From the NCBI GenBank assembly GCA_910578115.1, contig CAJTPO010000004.1:29539-93538 (forward strand): a DNA stretch of 64,000 nt, written 5' to 3'. Below, piece after piece: positions 46,589-55,850 of this stretch. Made by a program: the position numbers and the translations under genes. Position 1 is the first letter of the stretch, and each line of letters begins with the position of its first letter. The stretch is from an uncultured Lachnospiraceae bacterium. Its GTDB lineage: Bacteria; Bacillota; Clostridia; Lachnospirales; Lachnospiraceae. The notes under the pieces are model-generated. The model was not told the DNA's origin, searched no databases, and worked only from the letters and a program-made list of their open reading frames with translations.

Positions 46589-48454
46589 ATGAATATCGTG
46601 ATAGACACTGTGGTTAATGGATTGCTTTGGCTCATCAATTTATGTTATGGATTTTGTAATAATTACTGGGTGGCAATTTTGTTATTCACATTTTTGACTA
46701 AGGTAATTTTGCTGCCTTTGTCAGTATGGGTTCAGAAGAATTCTATTAAAACTGTGAAGATGGCACCTGAGATGAATCGTATTAAAACAGTTTATTTTGG
46801 AAATCAGGAGGTCATTTCGGAAGAGCAGTATAAATTATTCAAAAAAGAAAAGTATAGTCCTTTTGCGGATTTAATTCCTTTGTTTGTTCAGCTTGCTTTG
46901 TTGATGGGAGTGGTAGAAGCTGTTAAGCAGGGCACTGACCTGACAGATATTCCGGTCAAGACTGGCGGAGTTACTTTGTTGATTCCGCTACTTGCAGCGT
47001 TATCTGCCTTTTTCATGTGTTTTGTGCAGAATAAAATTAATGTACTGCAGTCAGAGCAGGGGCATTTAAATCAGTATGGTACAATGATTTTTTCTGTTAC
47101 GCTTTCTCTCTATTTAGGTTTTTTTGTGTCGATTGGAGTTGGTTTCTATTGGATCTGCAGTAATCTTTTTTCTATTATTCAATTGGTTTTATTGAATATA
47201 TGGATTAATCCAAAGGATTATATAGATTATGAGGCCTTAAAGAGGAGTAAAGAAGAATTAAATAAAGTGCAGAAGATGATGTCAGTCAGGCGGAAGGCGG
47301 ATAAGAGGAATCCATATCGTTCTAAAGGCAAGGCTGATTATAAGCGTTTTCTCAGAACTTCGGACAAGAAGATTGTTTTCTATTCTGAGAAAAACGGGTT
47401 CTATAAATATTATAAGGACATTATTGAAGAGATAATTCGCAGGACGAATATTGTGATTCATTATATTACAAGTGATCCGGAAGATGAAGTCTTTCAGATG
47501 GAGAGTGATCAGTTTAAGCCGTATTATATTAATGAGACTCGATTGATCGTTTTAATGATGAAACTGGAGACGGAAATTATGGTCATGACTACTCCGGATT
47601 TGGAAAATTATCAACTTAAACGGTCTTATGTACAGAAGGATATAGAGTATATTTATGTGCCACATGATGTTAACAGTGTAAACTTGGCATTCCATAAAGA
47701 GGCATTGGATCATTTTGACACAATTTTTACTTCGGGACCGAAGAACACTGCTGAAATAATGGAGCGTGAGAAAAAATATGGACTGCCTGCTAAGAACTTA
47801 GTAGAATGGGGATCATCTATTATTGATGACATGACAGTTGCATATGAACAAATGGCAGGAGATCATGCACAAGAGAGACAGTGTGCAATTATGATTGCCC
47901 CTTCGTGGCAGAAGGATAATATTTTAGATTCGTGTATAGAGGAGATGCTTGATCAACTGGTACAAACTTCATATCATATTATAGTGCGGCCACATCCTCA
48001 GTATGTACGTCATTTTGAAGCTAAAATTGATGCATTGGCAGCAAAATATAAAGGGTATGATGTTGTTTTTCAGAAAGATTTTTCATCTACTGAATCAGTA
48101 TATATGTCGGATTTGTTGATTACGGATTGGTCAAGTATTTCATTTGAATATGCTTTTTCTACATTGAAGCCGGTATTATTTATAGATACGCCAATGAAGA
48201 TTTTGAATCCCGACTATCAGGAATTGGAAACTGTTCCGATTGATTTAGAACTTCGCAATAAAGTGGGTATTTCAATTGCACAGGATAGTGTTGGTGACTT
48301 GATTGTGGAGACTGTTGATAAACTTTTAAATGAAATACAGTTTGCACCGGAGTCAATGCAGAAATTAAAAGAAAAATATAGTTATAATATTGGAGAAAGC
48401 GGTAAGGCAGGAGCGAAGTATATTATTGAACGTCTTGTACAGCGTAAAAGATAG
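46589..48454 (+). CDS. Fusion protein: YidC/Oxa1-like membrane domain + TagB/TagF-like transferase domain (copy 3, intact)
   Basis: VAILLFTFLTKVILLPLSVW...EEQYKLFKKEKYSP...LFVQLALLMGVV. IMIAPSWQKDNILD...IVRPHPQ...LLITDWSSISFEYAF..KPVLFIDTP. Confidence 0.8.
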   Translation: MNIVIDTVVNGLLWLINLCYGFCNNYWVAILLFTFLTKVILLPLSVWVQKNSIKTVKMAPEMNRIKTVYFGNQEVISEEQYKLFKKEKYSPFADLIPLFVQLALLMGVVEAVKQGTDLTDIPVKTGGVTLLIPLLAALSAFFMCFVQNKINVLQSEQGHLNQYGTMIFSVTLSLYLGFFVSIGVGFYWICSNLFSIIQLVLLNIWINPKDYIDYEALKRSKEELNKVQKMMSVRRKADKRNPYRSKGKADYKRFLRTSDKKIVFYSEKNGFYKYYKDIIEEIIRRTNIVIHYITSDPEDEVFQMESDQFKPYYINETRLIVLMMKLETEIMVMTTPDLENYQLKRSYVQKDIEYIYVPHDVNSVNLAFHKEALDHFDTIFTSGPKNTAEIMEREKKYGLPAKNLVEWGSSIIDDMTVAYEQMAGDHAQERQCAIMIAPSWQKDNILDSCIEEMLDQLVQTSYHIIVRPHPQYVRHFEAKIDALAAKYKGYDVVFQKDFSSTESVYMSDLLITDWSSISFEYAFSTLKPVLFIDTPMKILNPDYQELETVPIDLELRNKVGISIAQDSVGDLIVETVDKLLNEIQFAPESMQKLKEKYSYNIGESGKAGAKYIIERLVQRKR

Positions 48455-48668
48455 ATTATTGCGTGCATCTATGTAGAACAGGAACAACAGAATAAACAGC
48501 TGAAACACGCATAGATGCGGTATTTTAATCAAATATTGCTTTTCAGTTTTTAGGTGAATAGAAAAAGACCTTTATCTGTGGTAAAATTTAAGTGGCAAAT
48601 CCAAACAACAGATTTGCTCCAGCCTTTGCTCCGCTTCTTCTTTAATGGGTTTGCGGCAGCACCTTTCG

Positions 48669-48874
48669 GGCTTCCGGCAAATGCCATAATCTACAGTCTT
48701 ACCGAAACTGCTCGTGCGAATGATCTAAATTTTTATTATTATGTGTGACATCTATTGACAGAGCTACCCCAACTCATCTATGCATATGGAAAGATAGAAG
48801 AATCAAGACTGGAACCGCTCATGCCGTGGTCAAAGACATTTCCAGCTGATTGCTATAGTAAGCGCCGCAAATAA
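48669..48874 (+). pseudogene. 3'-terminal remnant of an IS66-family transposase gene
   Basis: ANAIIYSLTETARANDLNFYYYV*HLLTELPQL....LEPLMPWS matches the characteristic IS66 TnpC C-terminus, with an in-frame stop. No upstream catalytic part is present. Confidence 0.55.
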
Positions 48875-48892
48875 GCGGCGTTTCAATTTATA

Positions 48893-49087
48893 GGAAGCGA
48901 AGGAGTTGACGCTTACAGTGCTGTAGTCTATATCATGGTTGAGATGACAAAGGCGCACGATCTGAACATTTACGGATATCTGGAATTTTTGCTGTATCGT
49001 CGGCCAACGAAAGAGATGACCGATGATCAACTCGCAGAGCTTGCACCCTGGAGTGAAAAACTTCAATCTATCAAAAATCGCATGTGA
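48893..49087 (+). pseudogene. Second, different 3'-terminal remnant of an IS66-family transposase gene
   Basis: AYSAVVYIMVEMTKAHDLNIYGYLEFLLYRRP...DDQLAELAPWSEKLQ. Confidence 0.6.
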
Positions 49088-49329
49088 ATTATAGTGAAAT
49101 ACTTCAACTCGCAAAAGGCTGAGGTAATTTTATATTTGACTGCATTATTATTTTCGAAAATTTGACGAAAAAATAAAACCTGATTGGCTTAAATAAAGGA
49201 TTCTTGCGATATGATGTTAAAAAGAAGTGTAAAACACCTGTTTATTACCCATTCGGACATGTTTTCCTTTCGTCTATCAATAAAATATGATATAATCAAT
49301 ACACTTCATGAGTTGAAGAGGAGCGATAG

Positions 49330-50676
49330 ATGAGGAGGAAGAAAGGAAAACAAAAATCTTTTTTATATCAATTAAGAAATCAGAAAAAGATATTTAGAAA
49401 TCGGCAAAAGTGTATTAAAGAAAATTATGGTAGAAAAGGGAAGAATAGCTGTCAGGAGAATGATTTTCTAGGAAGTGATTATATTAATGTCATCAATCTA
49501 CTGGATCGAAAGAAATTTGCCATAAGATATCGCGTATCCAGGCATCAGGAAAAAATTTATATACCTGAGGTTTTTTCCATATCGGAAAATGCAGAACAGG
49601 TCATCAGATTATTAAGGGAAACATATACGATATTGCGCTGTAAGGGAACGCAGAAAATTATTTTTGATCATTCGGCATGTCTTGACCTTGAACTGTCGGC
49701 CAGCACTATCATGGATATTATTGTGCTGGCGGGGAGAAAATATCGGGAAGGGCAGGGAGCGCATCTTGATATTGAAGGACATTTGCCGCACAATAAATTT
49801 GTCAGGGATATTTTATTAGCAAGTGGGTTGCCATATCATTTAAAGGCGGAAAGCTTGTCGCACTTTGACGAGAAGCGCGTTCAGCGTTTTGAAACTATAA
49901 GGGGACATCATGATATAAGGGCAAATAGAGCGGATGAAGTATCAACAAAATTAGTTTTATATTTTAATAAATGTTTGAAGACACAGTATCTGGAATTAAA
50001 TGAAGAAGGACGGCGTCTATTGAGCAGGATTTTAGGGGAGGTTATAAGTAACTGCGAGATTCATGGAGGTGAGAATGCCACATGGTATACACAAGGGCAC
50101 TATCAGATTAAGGACGACTATTCGTTTGGTGAAATGCAGATGTTGTTTTTAAATCTTGGAGAAACGATTTACGAAGGATTGAAAAATGACGTAAGTGATG
50201 AGACAAAAAACAAGGTACAGCATATACTAAATCGGCAGAGTGAAAATAGGAATCCGGATTGGGACGAGGAAATGATCCTGACAGTATTTGCCCTTCAGGA
50301 AGGAATCAGCAGATTAAGGGATAGAAATATAGAAGGATATGAAGCTCGAGGTTCCGGAACGGTAAGCATGATCGAAATGTTTAATGACATTGGTAAATGC
50401 GAGAGTGGTTTGAAGCCTCAAATGACAATAGTTTCCGGAAAAACACAAATTAAATTCACGGATGCCTATAAGATGAAGCGTGTCAGATTTGTACAGGATG
50501 CTGCTTTTGGTACCGGAAATAAAAGAATCATTGCTTTTAATGAAGAGAACGATATCTATGCACCTCCAAATAGAGATAATGTCATTAAGATGTCTGAATA
50601 TTTTCCTGGAACAGTAATATCATTAAAGTTTTATCTTGATAATCGATATATTAGCAGTAAGAAAGGGAAAAGGTGA
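49330..50676 (+). CDS. 448-aa protein with a C-terminal GHKL (Bergerat-fold, RsbW/SpoIIAB-like) ATPase-like region and a possibly STAS-like N-terminal half
   Basis: N-box-like LGEVISNCEIHGG, G1-like FLNLGETI, G2-like ARGSGTVSMIE. The N-terminal half carries IIFDHSACLDLELSASTIMDIIVL. Confidence 0.45.
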   Translation: MRRKKGKQKSFLYQLRNQKKIFRNRQKCIKENYGRKGKNSCQENDFLGSDYINVINLLDRKKFAIRYRVSRHQEKIYIPEVFSISENAEQVIRLLRETYTILRCKGTQKIIFDHSACLDLELSASTIMDIIVLAGRKYREGQGAHLDIEGHLPHNKFVRDILLASGLPYHLKAESLSHFDEKRVQRFETIRGHHDIRANRADEVSTKLVLYFNKCLKTQYLELNEEGRRLLSRILGEVISNCEIHGGENATWYTQGHYQIKDDYSFGEMQMLFLNLGETIYEGLKNDVSDETKNKVQHILNRQSENRNPDWDEEMILTVFALQEGISRLRDRNIEGYEARGSGTVSMIEMFNDIGKCESGLKPQMTIVSGKTQIKFTDAYKMKRVRFVQDAAFGTGNKRIIAFNEENDIYAPPNRDNVIKMSEYFPGTVISLKFYLDNRYISSKKGKR

Positions 50677-50680
50677 AAAT

Positions 50681-51022
50681 ATGAGCAGCACTATAGATAT
50701 TAAGATTTCGAAATATCGTGCCAATGGCGCTAAAATTTTTACCGGAAGAGATAATGGAGTAAAGGCACGGGAAGAACTTAATTTAAACAGAATTGATGAG
50801 GAAGACGCGCGTGTACGGATTTTAGTGCCAAGAGATACCTGGGGAATTAATCCTTCCTTTTTTGGTGGTATGTTTGAGGGTAGTATCAAGAAACTTGGCA
50901 GGAAATTTGAGGATAAATATTGCTTTTGCTATGCGAAGGGCGAGAGCTTAAATGATAGTTTGTTCAAAGATATACAAGATGATATTGATTATATTATTGA
51001 GAATATCAGGGTGGAAGAATGA
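50681..51022 (+). CDS. Small STAS-like (DUF4325-type) protein
   Basis: 113 aa. FTGRDNGVKAREEL.L......VRILVP.D..GINPSFFGGMF resembles the DUF4325 pattern. ATG 50681 lies 4 nt after the upstream stop. Confidence 0.4.
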   Translation: MSSTIDIKISKYRANGAKIFTGRDNGVKAREELNLNRIDEEDARVRILVPRDTWGINPSFFGGMFEGSIKKLGRKFEDKYCFCYAKGESLNDSLFKDIQDDIDYIIENIRVEE

Positions 51023-51546
51023 ATGGTTGGACGATTATAGGAAATCTGTCAAATGTTGTTGCGGCAGGAATGGCAGTTTTCAGTATTTGTATAACAATTA
51101 AAGAGCAAAAGAATATCAGAAAAAACTACAGAATTAAAACGATGGAAGAACAGGATTTAAATTGGTATAATACAGTGGTATTGGAAGATTTTGTCAAGCA
51201 ATTGGTCATTTTTATGGATGAATCAGAGTTGATATTGGAACACTGTAAGCGGACGGGCGATAAAGATTCATTGGAGAGAGAACTTGAAATGACTTATAAT
51301 TGTATCAAAGAGAAATTTAAAGCTTTATCGGCAAGGGCGCTGCTGTTAAAAATTTTTTCTGATTCTTTATATCGAAGCTGCGATGAGTCTCTGCAGAAAA
51401 TACTTGATCTGTATTGTGAGATCATAAATGAAGTGACTGCTAAGAAGTATTGGCAGAATAGAAGGGAACGTGACATACAGGATGAACGCGTTAAGATGAT
51501 CAGGGAGCTGTATTTGTTTAAAAGCAGTTTTATTCATGAAGCATAA
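51019..51546 (+). CDS. 175-aa protein with one N-terminal TM helix and a helical cytoplasmic region, unknown function
   Basis: NLSNVVAAGMAVFSICITI (TM). ATGA overlap with the upstream gene. Confidence 0.5.
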   Translation: MNGWTIIGNLSNVVAAGMAVFSICITIKEQKNIRKNYRIKTMEEQDLNWYNTVVLEDFVKQLVIFMDESELILEHCKRTGDKDSLERELEMTYNCIKEKFKALSARALLLKIFSDSLYRSCDESLQKILDLYCEIINEVTAKKYWQNRRERDIQDERVKMIRELYLFKSSFIHEA

Positions 51547-51740
51547 ATTTTTACCGTTAATATCGGGAAGTAAAGCACAATGCAGAGTCTTACAAAGAAT
51601 GGAAGTATTTATCTGTTATTATCGATTCTTTGGCATATCTAAATCTATTTAAGAATCTAATCTGGCAATTTGATTTATGGAAATTCCTGTTTAGAATAAT
51701 AGTTTGAAAGGTTGCTGTTTGCCGCAGATTTGTCAGTGTA

Positions 51741-53247
51741 TTGTCTTCAATAGGTCGGGACAAAAGCAGTGAAGAAATGGAGTACATTTCCGGAACTCCT
51801 AAAATTTTTTACCCGGGAGTGTATGAAAATACTCTGGCGGTTTCTGCGGTTGGACGGGAAGGCGCTTCTATGGTTTTTGCATCTTCTTATAGTAATTATG
51901 GAAGTTGGATCGATATCAGCGCGCCGGACACTGCGATCATGAGTACGATTCCTGGCGGATATGGTGGTAAAACCGGGACAAGTATGGCTTGTTCGATCGT
52001 ATCCGGTGCGGTTGCATTGTTGTTTTCTATGGATCAAACGATAAGCTTTGACGATGTGAAAACACTGCTGTCTGATTCGGCAACGGATTTTGGGGAGGCA
52101 GGATACGATGAGAAGTATGGTCATGGGGTGATCAATGTCAAAGCACTTATCGACAATTATCTGGTAGATAAGGAACTGCCGATGCCGACAGCTGCAGTAC
52201 CGGATGGCAGTGTGGTGGGAGCAGGGTATTATGAGCTTAAAGAGCTTTCATGATATGAAAGGGACGGTGGTCAGTGCGGAGAATGGGGAGGCATTGCCGA
52301 AGGCCAGCATCACGCTGACGAAAACCGGAGACGCTTCAGCGACGAAATACGCAAACGTTAATACTGACGGCAGGTTTACGATGGGGGCGAAGGGAGACGA
52401 GTCAAAAGGGCTTACCCCCGGGATCTATCAATTGACAGTTAAGTGCCGGGGTTACAAAACGGTGACACAAGAGGTGATCGTTCCTTCCGGCAATGAGGAT
52501 ACGGTAGAGATCGGAACGATAAAGATGGTTCGGGGTGTCTATGGTAATTGTGCACTGAAGGGCTATGTTTACGATATTGCAACAGGGCGGACTACAGGAG
52601 TTGATCTGTATGTTACATTGAGAAATGGTATTAATAACACTTCATCAGCACCCATAGATTCCTGTAATCTGGAAAGTGATGGACAGTATCTGTTTAATGT
52701 ACCGGTAGGCACTTATACGATTACAGTGGAGGATAAGAGAGCGCTGGTCAGCGACAGTGAGCGGTATCAGCCGACAAGCGTTACCGCCGTAGTGGAAGAT
52801 GGCAGCAGCCGGTTCCATACCTATTATTCGAACAAAACGTACCTGTATAATGGGAAAAAATATGCAGATCTTGATTTGGATGATACATCGAGTTACGGAC
52901 CGGAGACAACGACGATTTATTATAAGAACGGAAGCGGTGTTTACAGTTTCTATGTGCATGATTTCACTAACAGATCGTGGACGAACAGTAGTGCGCTGGC
53001 GGAATCGGGAGCTACGGTCAAAGTTTATGAAGGAAGTGCGTTGAAGGAAACCTATAAAGTGCCGAGTGATATAGGTACCGTATGGCATGTATTCGATTAT
53101 GATGCGGGGACGGGCGCCCTCATTCCGATCAACACAATGTCAAACCAGTCTTCTCCGGGTGATGTAGGGACGATGTCCATAGAAGACGGCATATCCCAGG
53201 AGGAGAGAGATCTGGAAATTATTTTTAATGATCTGGAGGAAAAATAA
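51741..53247 (+). pseudogene. Subtilisin-like (S8) serine protease, 5'-truncated and apparently frameshifted, with a C-terminal CarboxypepD_reg-like beta-sandwich region
   Basis: Only the Ser box remains (GTSMACSIVSGAVALL). No Asp/His boxes are seen upstream. The frame changes around 52204-52253 into ...KGTVVSAENGEALPKASITL...NTDGRF. Confidence 0.5.
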
Positions 53248-53249
53248 TT

Positions 53250-54071
53250 TTGAAAGGCATGGAATCGAAGAAGCTGTTAAAAAGGGTAAAGGTCTGCCTT
53301 GTTCTCTTTGTAATTTGGTTTATTCCGCTTGTAGCAGACCGTTTACTGCTTCATACAGACATATTGGCAAATATCTCCGGTGTGGGGATATTTGCCACCA
53401 TGGCCGTTCTGCTTGTCAGTGCGGTAAAGACTTCGAACGCCTGGCACATGGAGGCGGAAGAAAGCATTGAGAAGGTAAACGGGTTTTTACAGGAGGTATA
53501 TGGCGGCAGGCTGTATTGTTGCAGCGGGGAAATATCTGAGGAGGAAAAGAAGAGGAATCCTTTATTTACGGGACATACTGTATACAGCGGGATGCAGATC
53601 GATGGAATTCTATCCAATAGAAAAGTCCGGTACAGGGAACTTACGATTGAAGATCGGGAATTTCAGAGTAATGACCATAATGTACAGAAGGTAATACGGC
53701 GTTTCTCAGGATGTTCCTTTGCAGGCAGCGCACCAAAGATGCAGTCGCAGGCAGATCTTTTAATCTACTCTGCGGGTTTTTATAAGATAACGAGACTGCG
53801 TGCGGAAAGAAGAGGATATACAATTGCGCAAAAAATGCCGAACGGAATAGAGATATATGCAAAAGGCGTTTCGACGGCGCAGGATACAGCGCAGATAGTC
53901 TCTTTATGGGACAGGGTGGTGAAGGAACTGCAGACGCTGATACAGGCTTATGAAACCTGTTTTTGGTATCATAGCGGCAGCGTTGAGGTATATTTGTTGG
54001 AGGCGGCACAAAATAAGACGGATATCGCATGCAGGATGAGCTGCCTGGAAACATTTGCAAAGTACTTATAG
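53250..54071 (+). CDS. Hypothetical membrane protein (2 N-terminal TM segments)
   Basis: VCLVLFVIWFIPLV and VGIFATMAVLLVSAV. No recognisable motif. Confidence 0.45.
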   Translation: MKGMESKKLLKRVKVCLVLFVIWFIPLVADRLLLHTDILANISGVGIFATMAVLLVSAVKTSNAWHMEAEESIEKVNGFLQEVYGGRLYCCSGEISEEEKKRNPLFTGHTVYSGMQIDGILSNRKVRYRELTIEDREFQSNDHNVQKVIRRFSGCSFAGSAPKMQSQADLLIYSAGFYKITRLRAERRGYTIAQKMPNGIEIYAKGVSTAQDTAQIVSLWDRVVKELQTLIQAYETCFWYHSGSVEVYLLEAAQNKTDIACRMSCLETFAKYL

Positions 54072-54321
54072 ATTTTTATCAGGTAACGACATAAAAAATT
54101 TCGTTTTTTCTTCCTGCGAAAGCTTCCGTATATGGCTTTGGCGGAAAACGGAAACAGGAATTTGTTATGTCGTTTACTATGTCCGCAGTGAATAAAAGCA
54201 GTAAGAAGAGTGCGTTTGTATGAATTGCACAATTCCTGTTCCTCCAATCTGTGAAAAACACCGAACTTTCAAATTCCCTCTTGTCAAATATTCGTCAAGG
54301 TTATATACTTAACCCATGAAG

Positions 54322-54382
54322 CGGAAACGTTACCGAGAACGATGCCGATACCGTTACCGACATCGTTACCGAAAACGTTGCC
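54322..54382. promoter_or_regulatory. Candidate LacI-type operator pair upstream of the sugar ABC operon
   Basis: CGGAAACGTTACCG (54322-54335; 12 of 14 positions palindromic around AACGTT) and CGAAAACGTTGCCG (54369-54382), with CGTTACCG-type repeats between them. Confidence 0.35.
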
Positions 54383-54419
54383 GCACACAACAAACACTCA
54401 TGAAAGAGAGGGAAATAGT

Positions 54420-55850
54420 ATGAAAAAGAAACTGGTAAGCACATTATTGTGCGCAGCAATGGTTTCCTCCCTGCTTGCAGGCTGCGGTGGTTCTGATGCA
54501 CCGGCTGCAGACTCCGGATCGGACGCAGGAACAGAGGCGGCAGGTGATGATGCAGGGGCTGGAGATTCCGGCGCGGCAGCATCCGGCGATTACAGCGGAA
54601 CAGTCCGCATGTTGAACTTCAAACCCGAGATCTCCGATGCAATGCAGGAAGTAGCGGCAGCTTACACTGCTGAGACAGGTATTGACGTGCAGATTGAGAC
54701 AGCGGCTTCCGGTCAGTATGAATCCACACTGACGGCAAGAATGGACAGTTCTGAGGCTCCTGGTATTTTTGTAGTAGAGAATGTAACGGCACTGGGCAAC
54801 TGGAAAGAGTACTGCCGTGACTGGTCTGATACAGAGCTTTACTCCTATGTGACAGACCAGAAGTACACGATGCAGGAAGACGGCAAGGTTCTGGCACTGT
54901 GCTACGTGCTGGAAGGCTGGGGCATCATCGTAAACAGCGAGATTACAGATGCATACTTTGCATCTCCCAATAAGTCTACAGAGTACACTTCTCTGGACGA
55001 GCTGTATACCTTCGACGCATTGAAGGCAGTGGTAGAGGATATGACGGCACTGAAGGACGAGCTGGGAATCCAGGGCGTATTCGGTTCCACATCTTTGAAG
55101 CAGGGTGATGACTGGAGATACCAGACGCATCTGATGAACATTCCGCTTTACTGGGAGTGGGGAGCAGACGTTGACATCAACGGTGCTGTACCGGAGTTTT
55201 CTTTCGCAAATGCAGAGAACTTCAAGAATATTCTTGACCTGTACTTAAACAACTCCGTGATCGAGCCCAGCCTTGTTGGTACGAGAACAGTTGATGACTC
55301 CATGGCTGAGTTCGCGCTGGGACAGTGTGCTATGATCCAGAATGGTGACTGGGCATGGAATACAATCCTGAACACGGAAGGCAAGGTTGTAAAGGATGAC
55401 AAGGTTCGCTTCATCCCGATCACATCCGGCGCAGCTGGTGAGGAGAACATGGGTCTTTGCGTAGGCGGTTCCCAGTCCTTCTGCATCAACTCCCAGCTTC
55501 CTGAGGAAGATCAGCTGGCAGCGATCGATTTCCTGACATGGCTGTTCTCTTCCGACACAGGTAAGAATCTGGTAGCGCAGAAGCTGCAGCTTGTGACACC
55601 GTTCTCCTGTATGGAAGGCGCAGAGTACACCAATCCGCTGTTCGGCAGTGAGGCTGCGATCTCCGCAGCAGGCAAGACTGCATACAGCACAGCCTGTAAC
55701 CTGATTCCTGACCAGACATGGAAAGACAGCTTCGGTGCAAGCCTGCTTATGTATGCGCAGGGTCAGAAGACATGGGAAGACGTTGTTGCAGACGCTGTTT
55801 CCGAGTGGGCTGTTGAGAGAGATATTACCAACACGGCTAACGGTAACTAA
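54420..55850 (+). CDS. Sugar ABC transporter substrate-binding lipoprotein (family 1 SBP)
   Basis: MKKKLVSTLLCAAMVSSLLAGCGG lipobox. ATG 54420 with RBS GAGAGGGAAA. Confidence 0.9.
   Translation: MKKKLVSTLLCAAMVSSLLAGCGGSDAPAADSGSDAGTEAAGDDAGAGDSGAAASGDYSGTVRMLNFKPEISDAMQEVAAAYTAETGIDVQIETAASGQYESTLTARMDSSEAPGIFVVENVTALGNWKEYCRDWSDTELYSYVTDQKYTMQEDGKVLALCYVLEGWGIIVNSEITDAYFASPNKSTEYTSLDELYTFDALKAVVEDMTALKDELGIQGVFGSTSLKQGDDWRYQTHLMNIPLYWEWGADVDINGAVPEFSFANAENFKNILDLYLNNSVIEPSLVGTRTVDDSMAEFALGQCAMIQNGDWAWNTILNTEGKVVKDDKVRFIPITSGAAGEENMGLCVGGSQSFCINSQLPEEDQLAAIDFLTWLFSSDTGKNLVAQKLQLVTPFSCMEGAEYTNPLFGSEAAISAAGKTAYSTACNLIPDQTWKDSFGASLLMYAQGQKTWEDVVADAVSEWAVERDITNTANGN

Noticed and set aside
54342-54419. 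N-terminal extensions proposed by the ORF track for the SBP (54342), MalQ (57899), the SASP (62397), the methyltransferase (10864) and Ppd (44583).
   Set aside because: Internal ATG codons with good Shine-Dalgarno sequences give canonical N-termini (a lipobox signal peptide, the MalQ RKSGVLLP start, the SASP MASNK start). The extensions run through operator-like repeats or lack any RBS.
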